Program-made: the position numbers and the translations under genes
Notes under the pieces: generated by a model
What the model saw: only the letters and a program-made list of their open reading frames with translations
Databases searched by the model: none
What the model was told of the DNA's origin: nothing
From: the human T2T-CHM13v2.0 reference genome, Homo sapiens
Assembly (NCBI RefSeq): GCF_009914755.1
Contig: NC_060935.1
Length of the DNA stretch: 64,000 nt
Strand: one strand, 5' to 3'
Shown here: positions 27,003 through 41,181 of the stretch, piece after piece
Layout: each line of letters opens with the position of its first letter
Numbering within the stretch: position 1 is the stretch's first letter

Positions 27003-28334
27003 TTTTTTTTTATTATTATTATACTTTAAGTTTTAGGGTACATGTGCACAATGTGCAGGTTAGTTACATATGTATACATGTGCCGTGTTGGTGTGCTGCA
27101 CCCAGTAACAAGTCATTTAACATTAGGTATATCTCCAAATGCTGTCCTTCCCCCCTCCCCCAACCCCACAACAGGCCCGGGTGTGTGATGTTCCCTTTCC
27201 CTGTGTCCATGTGTTCCCATTGTTCAATTCCCACCTATGAGTGACAACATGCGGTGTTTGGTTTTTTGTCCTTGAGGTAGTTTGCCGAGAATGATGGTTT
27301 CCAGCTTCATCCATGTCCCTACAAAGGACATGAACTCATCATTTTTTATGGCTGCATAGTATTCCATGGTGTATATGTGCCACATTTTCTTAATCCAGTC
27401 TATCATTGTTGGACATTTGGGTTGGTTCCAAGTCTTTGCTATTGTGAATAGTGCCACAATAAACATATGTGTGCATGTGTCTTTATAGCAGCATGATTTA
27501 TAATCTTTTGGGTATATACCCAGTAAAGGGATTGCTGGGTCAAATGGTATTTCTAGTTCTAGATCCCTGAGGAATCGCCACACTGACTTCCACAATGGTT
27601 GAACTAGTTTACAGTCCCACCAGCAGTGTAAAAGTGTTCCTATTTCTCCACATCCTCTCCAGCACCTGTTGTTTCCTGACTTTTTAATGATTGCCATTCT
27701 AACTGGTGTGAGATGGTATCTCAGTGTGGTTTTGATTTGCATTTCTTTGATGACTAGTGATGATGAGCATTTTTTCATGTGTCTTTTGGCTGCATAAATG
27801 TCTTCTTTTGAGAAGTGTCTGTTCATATCCCTCGCCCACTTGTTGATAGGGTTGTTTGTTTTTTTCTTGTAAATTTGTTTGAGTTCATTGTAGATTCTGG
27901 ATATTAGCCCTTTGTCAGATGAGTAGATTGCAAAAATGTTTTCCCATTCTGTAGGTTGCCTGTTCACTCTGATGGTAGTTTCTTTTGCTGTGCAGAAGCT
28001 CTTTAGTTTAATGAGATCCCATTTGTCAATTTTGGCTTTTGTTGCCATTGCTTTTGGTGTTTTAGACATGAAGTCCTTGCACATGCCTGTGTTCTGAATG
28101 GTATTGCCTAGGTTTTCTTCTAGGGTTTTTATGTTTTTAGGTCTAACATTTAAGTCTTTAATCCATCTTGAATTAATTTTTGTATAAGGTGTAAGGAAGA
28201 GTTCCAGTTTCAGCTTTCTACATATGGCTAGCCAGTTTTCCCAGCACCATTTATTAAATAGGGAATCGTTTCCCCATTTCTTGTTTTTGTCAGGTTTGTC
28301 AAAGATCAGATGGTTGTAGATATGCCGCATTATT
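27003..28334 (-). mobile_element. L1PA (PA3/PA4-like) 3' segment: ORF2 C-terminus, 3' UTR and poly(A)
   Basis: ORF 27224..28345 is the ORF2p C-terminus, with the CWRGC...HCWWDC knuckle and native IGGN* end. Typical L1PA 3' UTR and an A/TAA tail at 27003-27022. Confidence 0.95.
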
Positions 28335-30102
28335 AAAATTGACACCCTAACATTATAACTAAAAGAACTAGAGAAGCAAGAGCAAACAAATTCAAAAGCT
28401 AGCAGAAGGCAAGAAATAACTAAGATCAGAGCAGAACTGAAGGGAATAGAGACACAAAAAAACCTTCAAAAAATCCATGAATCCGGGAGCTGGTTTTTTT
28501 GAAAAGATCAACAAAATTGATAGACTGCTAGCAAGACTAATAAAGAAGAAAAGAGAGAAGAATCAAATAGACGCAATAAAAAATGATAAAGGCGATATCA
28601 CCACCGATCCCACAGAAATGCAAACTACCGTCAGAGAATACTATAAACACCTCTACGTAAATAAACCAGAAAATCTAGAAGAAATGGATAAATTCCTCGA
28701 CACATACACCCTCCCAAAACTAAACCAGGAAGAAGTTGAATCTCTGAATAAACCAATAACAGGCTCTGAAATTGAGGCAATAATTAATAGCTTACCAACT
28801 AAAAAAAGTCCAGGACCAGATGGATTCACAGCCGAATTCTACCAGAGGTACAAGGAGGATCTGTTACCATTCCTTCTGAAACTATTCCAATCAATAGAAA
28901 AAGAGGGAATCCTCCCTAACTCATTTTATGAGGCCAGCATCATCCTGATACCAAAGCCGGGCAGAGACACAACAAAAAAAGAGAATTTTAGACCAATATC
29001 CCTGATGAACATCGATGCAAACATCCTCAATAACATACTGGCAAACCAAATCCAGCAGCACATCAAAAAGCTTATCCACCACGACGAAGTTGGCTTCATC
29101 CCTGGGATGCAAGGGTGGTTCAACATACGAAAATCAATAAACTTAATCCCGCATATAAACAGAACCAAAGACAAAAACCACATGGTTATCTCAGTAGATG
29201 CAGAAAAGGCCTTTGACAAAATTCAACAACACTTCATGCTAAAAACTCTCAATAAATTAGGTATTGATGGGACGTATCTCAAAATAATAAGACCTATTTT
29301 TGACAAACCCACAGCTGATATCATACTGAATAGGCAAAAACTGGAAGCATTGCCTTTGAAAACTGGCACAAGGCAGAGATGCTCTCTCTCACCACTCCTA
29401 TTCAACATAGTGTTGGAAGTTCTGGCGAGGGCAATCAGGCAGGAGAAAGAAATAAAGGGTATTCAATTAGGAAAAGAAGAAGTCAAATTGTCCCTGTTTG
29501 CAGATGACATGATTGTATATCTAGAAAACCCCATTGTCTCAGCCCAAAATCTCCTTAAGCTGATAGGCAACTTCAGCAAAGTCTCAGAATACACAATCAA
29601 TGTGCAAAAATCACAATCATTCTTATACACCAATAACAGACAAACAGAGAGCCAAATCATGAGTGAACTCCCATTCACAATTGCTTCAAAGAGAATAAAA
29701 TACCTAGGAATCCAACTTACAAGGGAGGTGAAGGACTTCTTCAAGGAGAACTACAAACCACTGCTCGATGAAATAAAAGAGAATACAAACAAATGGAAGA
29801 ACATTCCATGGTCATGGGTAGGAAGAATCGATATTGTGAAAATGGCTATACTGCCCAAGGTAATTTATAGATTCAGTGCCATCCCCATCAAGCTACCAAT
29901 GAGTTTCTTCAAAGAATTGGAAAAAACTATTTTAAAGTTCATATGGAACCAAAAAAGAACCCGCATTGCCAAGTCAATCCTAAGCCAAAAGAACAAAGCT
30001 GGAGGCATCACGCTACCTGACTTCAAACTATAGTACAAGGCTACAGTAACCAAAACAGCATGGTACTGGTACCAAAACAGAGATATAGACCAATGGAACA
30101 GA
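28334..30102 (+). mobile_element. Inverted 5' segment of the same L1PA: ORF2 reverse transcriptase region
   Basis: ORF 28477..30033 (518 aa) contains [20 protein letters not shown] and LFADD (29497-29508). It ends at GACCAATGGAACAGA, about 14 nt before the point in L1 where the minus segment begins. Confidence 0.95.
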
Positions 30103-30575
30103 TATCTCTTTTAAATAGGGATGTCATGTATTGAGGGCCTGCTGATATATATCCCAGAGCTGGGCTAGAAAGTAAGGAATAATGTGATCTAATATTATTA
30201 CCTGTTTCCACTCTCCTCCTCCCCTCAAGATCATGTTCGTTATCATATGAGGTAGGAAGTACAACAGACATTAAATAACTTCTTGCAATCAGGAAAGAAA
30301 GCCCTTTTTCCCCACCATGATATAAAGGATCAAAACATGTACCTCATCAGAATTTCTTCAAACTTGCTTCAAAAAGGTGGTATGTTTAATTATTCTTGGC
30401 AAACATAAAAGATAATTGACACAGAACTCCATACCATTTTTTCAAACGAAATTTTTATTTATTTTCTCTTATCTAGCTATGTTCACTTTGGAAAATGCAC
30501 AATGATTTTATTTTTCTGTAACCGCCTTGGTCTAAAGCTGCTTTTTTAGTAACATTTTTCTTTTTCTATTTCTAG

Positions 30576-30734
30576 CAAATGCCAGATGTTAATGTAAGCT
30601 GGGATGGAGAGGGCCCAAAGCAACTGCCATTTATTGACATTTCAGTGGCTGTGGCAACAGATAAAGGCTTACTTACTCCAATCATAAAAGATGCTGCTGC
30701 TAAAGGTATCCAGGAAATTGCTGACTCTGTAAAG
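30576..30734 (+). CDS. PDHX: PDHX coding exon (exon 9)
   Basis: tttctag|CAA...AAG|gtatgt; 159 nt; [53 protein letters not shown]. Confidence 0.97.
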
Positions 30735-31154
30735 GTATGTCTTAAGAAAGAGTGTGCTTTCAAAATGTTAGCATATACTTTTGGATAATTACTTTCTGAT
30801 AAAGTTGTGACGTAATCTAGTCAGACTGTGATTTTTGTGTGTGTGAAGGGGAGAGTTATTTCATCAAGTGATTGTCACATATATATAGGTTTTTAAAGTT
30901 TTTATCCAAGTATGACCCATTGTAAGAAAATTTAATATTCAAAAATTAAGAGATAATATATAAACAAATTAGGGAACAACTTCATGCTAAAGACAAGCTT
31001 TATTTTCCAAAGTCCAGAATTCAGCCATAAAGATGCTATATCAGGTAGGTTTTAAAGTTGAAGTTAAGCTGAAACTGTATTTCTATGGACCTCAATATTA
31101 ATAACATTTTATTCTTAAAGTGTATTTACTTCTTCTCTAAAATTGAGACCATTA

Positions 31155-31493
<339 letters not shown>

Positions 31494-32028
31494 TCAGGAT
31501 TTCTTGAAAAGCAGTTTTTGTAACTCCAATGTGTAGGAATCTTATTTCACCAAAAAATAGTACATCGAATAGGCAAGAACACAGGCAGTAGGGCAGCTTT
31601 GACAGCCTCAGTAATTTCCAAGGGTATTTTTTGACAGAAGTATCACAAGTCTTAAAGTGATTGCATCGAAAATTTCTGATTCATTTGGGTAAGTGATTAT
31701 CTTTCCATTTGCCAAGGACCTGTTGTATGTATAGTGGTAGAACAATTTGTATATTTATAAGGGAGATATGAGGTAGAACGTAAGACTTCTTTGGGGAGCC
31801 GACAGTACATAAATGTGTAGACCTTCTTGCTCAAAAGAAATAAGTGCAAGTTAATCTGGTTTTAAAAGCATACCCATAAATACTGAGTTTACTTGGAATT
31901 TTAGAGGTAGATATAATTAAAGGTGAACCTACTAGAATCAATATTTTTAGGTCTTTCTTCCCTCCTCTTTGAAAAGATTTGCAGAAAGTGTTTGATCGAT
32001 AAAAATGCAATTGTTAATTGAAAAATGA

Positions 32029-32334
32029 GGCTGCACATGGTGGCTCATGCCCGTAATCCCAACACTTTGGGAGGCTGAGGCAGGCAGATCACTTGAGGTC
32101 AGGAATTTGAGACCAGCCTGGCCAACATGGCGAAACCCCATTTCTACTAAAAATACAAAAATTAGCTGGGCATGGTGGCACACACCTATTATCTGAACTA
32201 TTCGCGTGACGGAGGCATGAGAATTGCTTGAACCTGGGAGGCAGAGGTTGCAGTGAGCTGAGATTGTGCCATTTGCACTGCAGCCTGGATGACAGAGCAA
32301 GACACTGTATCTCAAAAAAAAAAAAAAAAAAAAA
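32029..32334 (+). mobile_element. AluSx-like
   Basis: Dimer with A21 tail. Confidence 0.94.
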
Positions 32335-33737
32335 GAAAGGTAGCGTTTATTTGGTCAGTTCAAAAGTCAAAGTAATAGAGATTGGTTTACTGAGATATAG
32401 TATGTTCCTTGTGTTTATCAAGGGTTTTCAGCGACAATGAGAATATTTGTGTCTGTGTTTTTGTGAAGGTTAAATGAGATTAAGTGTTGAAACAACCTGT
32501 AAAATATAAAGTACTATTATAATGTTATGGAACTTTATTGTAGAGCTAGAATTTCCTTATTTTTATATACATTAAATTTTAAAAATTAACCATTATAGGA
32601 AGATTTCCTTGATTCTGAGCAATTTACCAAATTTACTGCTATAATACATAAGTCGTAAGTAGTTATGTTAGCTTTCTCTATTCCTTGCATCCTGAAGACT
32701 CTAAGTTTAAGAGGTAAGAACGCAGTCTCACCAGCCTCTCAGTTGGGCCTCACAGCAATGGGAAGGGCAGTCATACCACTTTGGAGTGTAGTGGTCTCTG
32801 GCGGGCCTTGGGCATTTCCTGTAACCCCCAACAGGGACTCAGGGTTTGCTGAGCTATGGCTGCCCGTTAGCTTCTCATTCTACCTGCTTCTCTTTCCCAC
32901 CCTGCTCTCTTCACTCTTGTTCTTACGCTATGCCAGGCACTGGGCTAAGTGCTTCATTTAATCCTATTAACCCAGTACAATTGGAACCTTAACTTCTCCA
33001 TGAAATTGAGGAGATTCAGTTTTAGCAACTTTGATAAATTTGCCCAAGGCAATACAGCTAGAAAGCAGTGGCAATGAGGACTAGTTAACCCAGGCAGTTT
33101 GATTCTAGAGCCACTGCTTAATGAGCTTTCTATTATACCACCTCTCTCCTTGCTTTTACTGTTTACCTTTCTTTTTTCCTGTCTAATCATTCACTTCTTT
33201 ACCTCCCCTTTGTCTTTTTCTCCCGCAAAGTTACCAGAAAGGAGGGTTTGGTTTGGTCCTCAAGTAGTACTTTCTTGTATGAAGTACTCTTGCTGGGCAG
33301 GTCTGTCATGCCAGGCCAGTGTGTCACATGGTACAGAGCATAACAACCTGATGAATATAATCACCTTTGGTTGTACTCGGAAAAAATAAGGGGACATTGA
33401 AGCACACTGAGGCCTCTCATGAGAAACAGGCACCTTGCATGGCCTATTTAACATAATAGTTCTGTAGTTTACAGGAGAGAGAGAGAGCAAAAGAGAAAGA
33501 AAGTTTATGTGTGTGTGTGTATGTGTAAGAGAGAGAGATCTGAGCTCCTGCAAAATTAGTTTTTTGTTGAAGTGGTTTATCTTGTAAGCATGATTATCTT
33601 AAAAACTTAAATGTTGGATTGTTTAAACGGTGGCTTAAAAACTAAATATTTTAGATAGGCTCTATAGAGATATGTTCATTTAGCTGCTGTGGATGAATAG
33701 GCATTAAAAATAAGTATGCACCAAGTAGAAACCCTGA

Positions 33738-33773
33738 GTGTGTGTGTGTGTGTGTGTGTATGTGTGTGTGTGT
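33738..33773. repeat. (TG)n microsatellite
   Basis: gtgtgtgtgtgtgtgtgtgtgtatgtgtgtgtgtgt. Confidence 0.9.
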
Positions 33774-34757
33774 TCTTCACGTCCAATATAGATTTTGACT
33801 CAATTCCAAGTTAAGCAAGATTATATTGAATTCAGCTTTACTGTGCAAAAAACAGCATCTGCCTGAGTGTCCACGTATAGTAGTGAGTCACCTTTGGTAA
33901 TAAATGCATTTTCTGTCCTGTGCTTTAATGTGGTTATATTTTACCGCATCCCCCAAAAAGGGTAGACAGTAAATGTTACATTTATGGAATAGTAGTGCCA
34001 TTTTATACAGTTTGAGTCTCGTCAGTATTTCTACATCAAGCTTTGTACTATGGCTTATTTAAAAAGTAGAATGTTTATGTATTTAAACAGATAAAATTTA
34101 GAATGATTTTAATTCCAGGGTAAAATCTGCTCCGACCAGAGAGAAAAAACTAATTCATATATGAATATAGTATTTGTAATCCTCTTGTTTAAAGACATGC
34201 AAGTTCTAGAAGTATTTGTACTGCTTAATGTTTTAACAACTCTAACAATAATAGCAGCGGGCATACTTTGTACCAGTTTTTGCTGTAAGCCTTTTATATA
34301 TATTAATCCTCTTTAAAACCACCCTATCAAGTACAAGATAATAATTTGATATGGTTGATGAAGCAACTGATGGGAAAAAAGAGAGGTTAAATAATTTGCC
34401 CCAAATCTTATTAAGTGATGTAGCCAGCATCTGAACCCAATCAGACTGTAGACTAGAGCCTCCTCCCAACCACTCAGCTTTGCTGCTTCCCACATACTAG
34501 TTACATAACTACTGTATGACTATAGAGGTCAGGTTATCAGCCTTCTAGAATCAGTAATGTTTTCTGTCAAAAAAAAAAAAAAAGAAACTTGAGAAGCAGC
34601 TCCTGGATTTTCAGAAATTAACAAGAAGAATAGCTAAGGACTCAACAGTTATACCAAATGCACCATAATTAGTTGATTCACCAGGTAGAAGAAAAGGAGT
34701 ACAATCATTGGTTTTCTGTGTCTGTAAGACCAATCTTTTGGTTTGGAATTTGAAATA

Positions 34758-35374
34758 TTGGAGTTCTCTCTTATCCAAGGTTTCACTTTGTGTGGTTTCA
34801 GTTACCCGTGGTCAACCACAGTTGAAAATAGATGAGTACTGTACAAGCTATTTTGAGAGAGACCACATTCACATGATTTTTAGAGTTATAATTGTTCTGT
34901 TTTATTATTAGTTATTGTTAATCTCTTACCATGCTTAATTTTTAAATTAAACTTTATCATAATTGTGTATGAGTAGGAAAAAATAGTACAGTCATGCATC
35001 ACAGCAGGGATACATTCTGAGAAATGCATGGTTAGGCGATTTTGTCATTGTGTGAACACCATAGAGTGTGCTTACACAAACCTAGATGGGATAGCCTGCT
35101 ACACGCCTAGGCTTTGTATGGTACAAACCTGCAGTACAGCCTATTACTGTACTGAATAGTATAAGGAAATAGTGATACAATGGTACGTATTTGTGTGATA
35201 GGAATTTTTCAGCTCCATTTTAATCTTATGGGACCACTGTCATATATTTATGTCTTTGTCTTAAGTGTCCTTATGCGGCACATGACTGCATGTATAGAGT
35301 TCAGTACTATCTGCCATTTCAGGCAGCTACTGTGGGTCTTTGAAGTATCCCCTGCAGATAAGGGGGGACTACTG
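34758..35374 (+). mobile_element. MER44A (Tigger7 family) split by a nested Tigger3a
   Basis: Inverted ends cttatcc... / ...gataaggggggactactg|TA; body gtggtttcagttacccgtggtcaacc...gagagagaccacattcaca. Confidence 0.8.
34989..35288. mobile_element. Tigger3a (MER7A-type) nested in MER44A
   Basis: TA|CAGTCATG ... CATGACTG|CA terminal inverted repeats; host element resumes in register. Confidence 0.8.
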
Positions 35375-37622
35375 TATGCAACTGGGAGAAAAAAAGGGTT
35401 AAGAAAGAAGAGACCTGAGTCAAACGGGAGAGTACTCTGCCAAAGAAGCAGTGAAGATTCCCCGAGGAATGTGAGGTTGTGGTCTTAGCAAGTAGGCAGT
35501 GGATAAGAGAACCTGCAGCAAAGAAACCAAGGCTCTCTACCTGGTGAGGCAGGAGTAGTCTTTTTGAAAAGACTGTGGGATCATGGACAGGTTGAGCTCT
35601 GGATTCTCACTAAGAGACATACTATCCAGTACACACTTCCCTCTGATCGTCACTTGGCTGGCTTTTTTTCATCATTGGTTTCTCAGTTCAGTTGCTAATT
35701 TCTTAGGCCTTCTGCAGCTTCTGTAGCTGAAATAGTTTCCTAACACTCTTTATCTCATTACCCTGTTTTATTGTCTTCATATGGTTTATTAGTCTTTGAA
35801 ATTACCTTGTTTATTTATTTGTTCACCCTTCTGTGTTCCCTACTGTCTGATGTTCACTGTCCATTGCCATTTATCTAATTCTAGAAGAGTGCTTGGGATA
35901 CAGTAGTTGCTTGGTGAATTTATTTTAAAACAAATTTCAGTAAAACTTGTTACATTGAAATTAATTTTTCAAGAGTTTGTGGCTCTCTGCAGATTCATCC
36001 ATGAACCCCAAGTTAAGAATATCTGTACTACGCATTTACTTCTTGACCCTCTGTAATCCCAAGGATGCCACTGTGGGGGCTGTAGGCATACCCCAGCCAA
36101 GTTCAAGTTGGTATTCCTTGAATAAAGTAATGTAGTGACACACCTTGGATCCTGTGTTATTCTTAATTCTTCATTACTTATAACAGTATTAAAAGGCAGA
36201 GGCATAGTTTACCTTATAAGTACCCAGTAAATTTTTTTAATGAATAGCAAGGCATTCGATGTATTGTAGAAATATTTAGTGGTCATTTTTTATTCTTTCA
36301 GCTGGATGCTTCAGGTAACATGTACTTTGATTTTGAGTCCACATTGCCAGGAGATCCCAGTGATGATTACAAATTTATAAAACCAACGATCCTTCTCAGA
36401 TTCCATACCTATTTCAGACTTACTAGAGTTCACTGACAGGAATTTCCTGTTGATGTATTTAGGATCTACAGAGTTTTTGTTTTTAGTATGTGTGCGTGCA
36501 ATCTACTTATTAAAGTGAGTTTTTTTCATTTGTGGTAATTGTGTGGTAGTTCATCAGGATATGTTGAGATCATCTGCCTTTAAAAAATGCCTTTTAAAGT
36601 TCATATATGTGTCTTTTCAAATCATGTGAACAATTACATTGCTTAAGGGAGGAAAAATGCTTTTATAGATTATTCTCTCTCCCGTTATTCCAAGAACTGT
36701 ATAAGTCAAAATTCATCTCATTTTTTACCTTGAATCCAAATAGTTTTATAAATAACCACATCCAAATAGCATACACCTGTAATTGTTTCTGTTGGCAGTA
36801 CGTTACAGTAATGTGTTTTTAGATTTTTGATATTTTTAAAGACTTTCAATTTTAAAAAATTAAATCATCTATGAATTAAAGTTAGTTATCAACTGTGATT
36901 GTAATAGTGCCTATGTTGCCTATGTAATACAAAATATTAAGTAAATTCCACATTTCTTTTATCTACCCAAATGACAGTGACCTCATTTTTCTGTACCCTT
37001 CCTCTTAAGTTAATTCGTTATTAATTTTTTATATATGATGACTCAACCTCTGTTCCCTTGCTTTTAAGCACTGAAAAATAAAAATTAACAGAAATGTGGT
37101 TAATTCCAAGTACAAGTGAGAGGAAAATTTAACTAATATGTCATCTGTCTTGTCTTCTGTAAGATTTTTAGAAATCGCTGTGGTCAAGAGTGATATGAAT
37201 CAAGTACATCCTTATATTCCTTGTGGCAGTGTAAATTGGACTAGCTCATTCAGGAAATGATTTAGCTATAGGATCAAGAACCAAAAGAAGTCTATTCTCT
37301 AGGGCACTATAATTCCACTTCTGAAAATTTACCTGAAATAATTCAGAAGAAACCGTGAACCAAATTATAACACTGGGAAATAACCAAGTAAATTAGGCAG
37401 GTGCAGTCTTTAGGAACAAACATTAAAAAATCATTTCTGAAGGCTGACAACACAGAAGATACATATAATATTGAACAATTAAATATAAAATTTATTTTTT
37501 ATAACCATTGTGTGGGGTTGAGATTGTGGATAAAGATGAAGCAAACTCTGAAAGATAAAAACGGAATGTTGGTTGTGGGATTGTGGGTATACTACTTTGG
37601 TTGCCATTGGATAATTTATTTA

Positions 37623-37945
<323 letters not shown>

Positions 37946-38266
37946 CACTAGATTGACCAGAATGGATTCTTGTATTTTTTTTCTTACCATAAAGTTTTAT
38001 AGGCAAAATAGAAAATTTCATTTTGCATATAGGAAACTCTAAAGCATTTTGCATAATAATTGATGGTACACAGGGTAATTCCCACATTTGAAAAATTGTT
38101 AAAGGAAGTGATTTTTCTAGAGTTTTGATTAACAGCTTTAGTTTCTTGAATTATCTGTGCTCTTGTTTGTTCTTATAATTAGAGAAAATTATTTTTATAT
38201 AGGTAACAAAATCAAATCAAGGCATATCAGAGATGAGAGTATATGATGTACAAATATTTCAAGTGA

Positions 38267-38389
<123 letters not shown>

Positions 38390-38729
38390 TAAAATTTAAA
38401 CTCTTAATTATCCATAGCATCAAACAGATAGATGTAAGACTTATAAAGTCCCTGTCAGCCTTTCATTTATCTGAAATATTTTTTAAAATTTAAGCTAAAA
38501 ATACTTTATTTAGACAATAGAATATCTGAAAAAATTCTTCAGACTAGTCAGGCTTTCATATTAAAGCTAGTAGGAACCTATTAGTGTTGAACTAAACGTT
38601 CGTTGGACATTGACTAACATGGAATGATAAATATTATGTATTCTTTAGTATCTGACCCACCCCCAATATTAATGTCTGTAATATTATATTGCTATGTGAA
38701 ACAACCACTTATTTATTATTGCAGCATAT

Positions 38730-40850
38730 AATATTCTATTGTATAAATATACCAGAATTCATTTTACTGTTGGTGGGCATTTGCGTTGCTTCCAGTTCGG
38801 GGCTATTACAAATTATGGTGCTATGAACATTCTTATTAGTGTCTTATAGTGAATGTATGTACATTTTTTGTTGTATAGACCTAAAAGTAGAATTCCTAAG
38901 TTAGAAGCTTTAGCAGCTACTACCAAACAATTTTCCAAATGGTTATACAAATTTACACCTCCACCAACGGTCCTGAGAATTCCCATTGCTCCACATTCTT
39001 GCCACTATTTAATAATGTTAGGTTTTAAATTTTAACAATTCTTGGGGTGTGTAGTGGTACTCTTTGTAGGAAAATGCAAATTAGTGATGTTGAGTACTTT
39101 TCACTCATCAGCCGTTTGGGTATCTGGTAATTCATGAGATAAAGTACCCACTGCAATCTGGTGTCCATTTAAAAAAATGATGTATAGTTCTTATTTCTGG
39201 ATATACAGACCTTTATAGGATATATATTGTTTCAAATAGCTTTCACACTCTGTGACTTGCCTTTGGGACTCTCTCGGTGATTTTTTTAAATGAACGGAAG
39301 TTCTGAGTTTTAATGAATTCCTATTTATCAGTATTTTTCTTTGTAGTTGGTACTGTTCATTTTCTGTTAGGAATTTTTGCCTATCTCAGAGTCATGAAGT
39401 TACTCTTCTGTGTTATCTTCTAAAAGCATTTACGTTACTTTTCACATGTAGATCACAATTCAACTGAAATTGGATTTTGTATATAATGTGAAGTTTCAAG
39501 TGCTCTTTTTTCCCCATATGGATACTAAATTTACACAGCATCATGTATTGAATATTGATTTCTCCTTTTTCATAGCATTGAAAAGGTGATTATATATGTG
39601 TTGGTCTAGTTCTGTGCTATTTTTTTTCCACTGGCCTGTTTGTCTATCCTTTGTTTACTACCACCAAGCTATAACTCTTGATAGCTGGTAATGAAGTCTT
39701 CCAATTTTGTTCACCCTCAAGATTGTCTTCTGGCTTTTCGTATTTCCAAATAAATTGTAAAATTGATTTGCCATTTTTCACACACACACCCCTTGCTGGT
39801 TTCTTGATTGGGATTGCATTAAGTCTTTTGATGATTTGAGAATTGACATCCTTACAGTATTGAGTATTCTAACCTGTGAATATAGTAGAAACCATTGTGT
39901 ATTCAGTTATTTGATTTCTTTCAGTTATGTTTTATAATATTCTGTGTAGAGGTCTTGTATATGTTTCATTAGATTTATTCTTTGGTATTTGTTTTTTGAT
40001 ACTATTATAAATGGTATTGTTTTAAATTTTTATTTTCTAATTATAGCAACTTGTATGTAGAGTCATGTGCCACTTTATGATGGGGATATGAGAAATGCAT
40101 TGTTAGGCAGTTTCATCATGCAAACATCATAGAGTGTACTTACGCAAATCATGCAAACATCATAGAGTGTACTTACACAAACCTAAATGGTACATGCTGC
40201 TACACACCTTAGCTGTATGATATAGCCAGTTGCTCCTAGACTGCAAACCTATACAGCATGTTACTCTACTGAATACCGTAAGCAGTTGTGACACAATGAT
40301 GAGTATTTGGGTATCTAAACATATCTAAGCATTTTTAAAATGTACAGTAAAAATGTAAAAAGTAAAACATGGTACACCTGTTTAGGGCACTTACCGTGAA
40401 TGGAGCTTGCAAGACTAGAAGTTGCTCTGGAAGAATCAGTGAATGAGTGAATGCTTAGGACATCACTATACACTACTGTAGACTTTATAAACACTGCACA
40501 CTTAGGCTACACTAAATTTATTTTTAAAATAAAGTAATTGCAATATGATGTTATGACAGCTATGATGCCACTAGGCAGCAGAAATTCCTGAGCTCCATTA
40601 TAATCTTATAAGACCACCGTTGTATATGTGATCCTTCGTTATGTGGGACATGACTCGATATAAAATGGATTGTTATATTGACCTTTTATCTGATGACTTA
40701 ACTAAATTTACTTATTAATTTTACTAGTTATCTATAGTCTCATTTTTCCTGTGTACACAATTAATTTATTTGTAAATACTAAATGTTTCCTTTTTTCATT
40801 ACTCATATATTTTTTTCTTGCCTTACTACACTGCCTAGTAAAATATATAA
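38730..40850 (-). mobile_element. Old L1ME-type tract interrupted by a Tigger3 element
   Basis: tttggggctattacaaat-like, gctatgaacattctt, cccattgctccacattcttgcca and ttgattgggattgcatt motifs. Confidence 0.65.
40060..40656. mobile_element. Tigger3-family element with an internal 33-bp tandem duplication
   Basis: gagtcatg... / ...catgactc ends; same family motifs as 34989-35288. Confidence 0.78.
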
Positions 40851-40884
40851 AATATGTGCTTCACGGAAAGGGGACTTTGATTAA

Positions 40885-41181
<297 letters not shown>

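Noticed and set aside
27224-28345. 373-aa minus-strand ORF as an independent gene
   Set aside because: It is the L1 ORF2 C-terminus. Its start is an artefact of reading across the inversion junction, and no promoter is evident.
25525-30033. RT ORF near a tRNA-like and an LTR-like sequence read as a retron or retroviral unit (RT plus primer)
   Set aside because: The RT is plainly L1 ORF2. The three pieces have separate flanking duplications and different orientations. The tRNA piece is the 5' half, not the 3' end used at a primer-binding site.
27003-30102. Inverted L1 halves forming long dsRNA, or an active L1
   Set aside because: The halves cover non-overlapping L1 regions and so are not complementary. 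The 5' UTR, ORF1 and endonuclease domain are absent.
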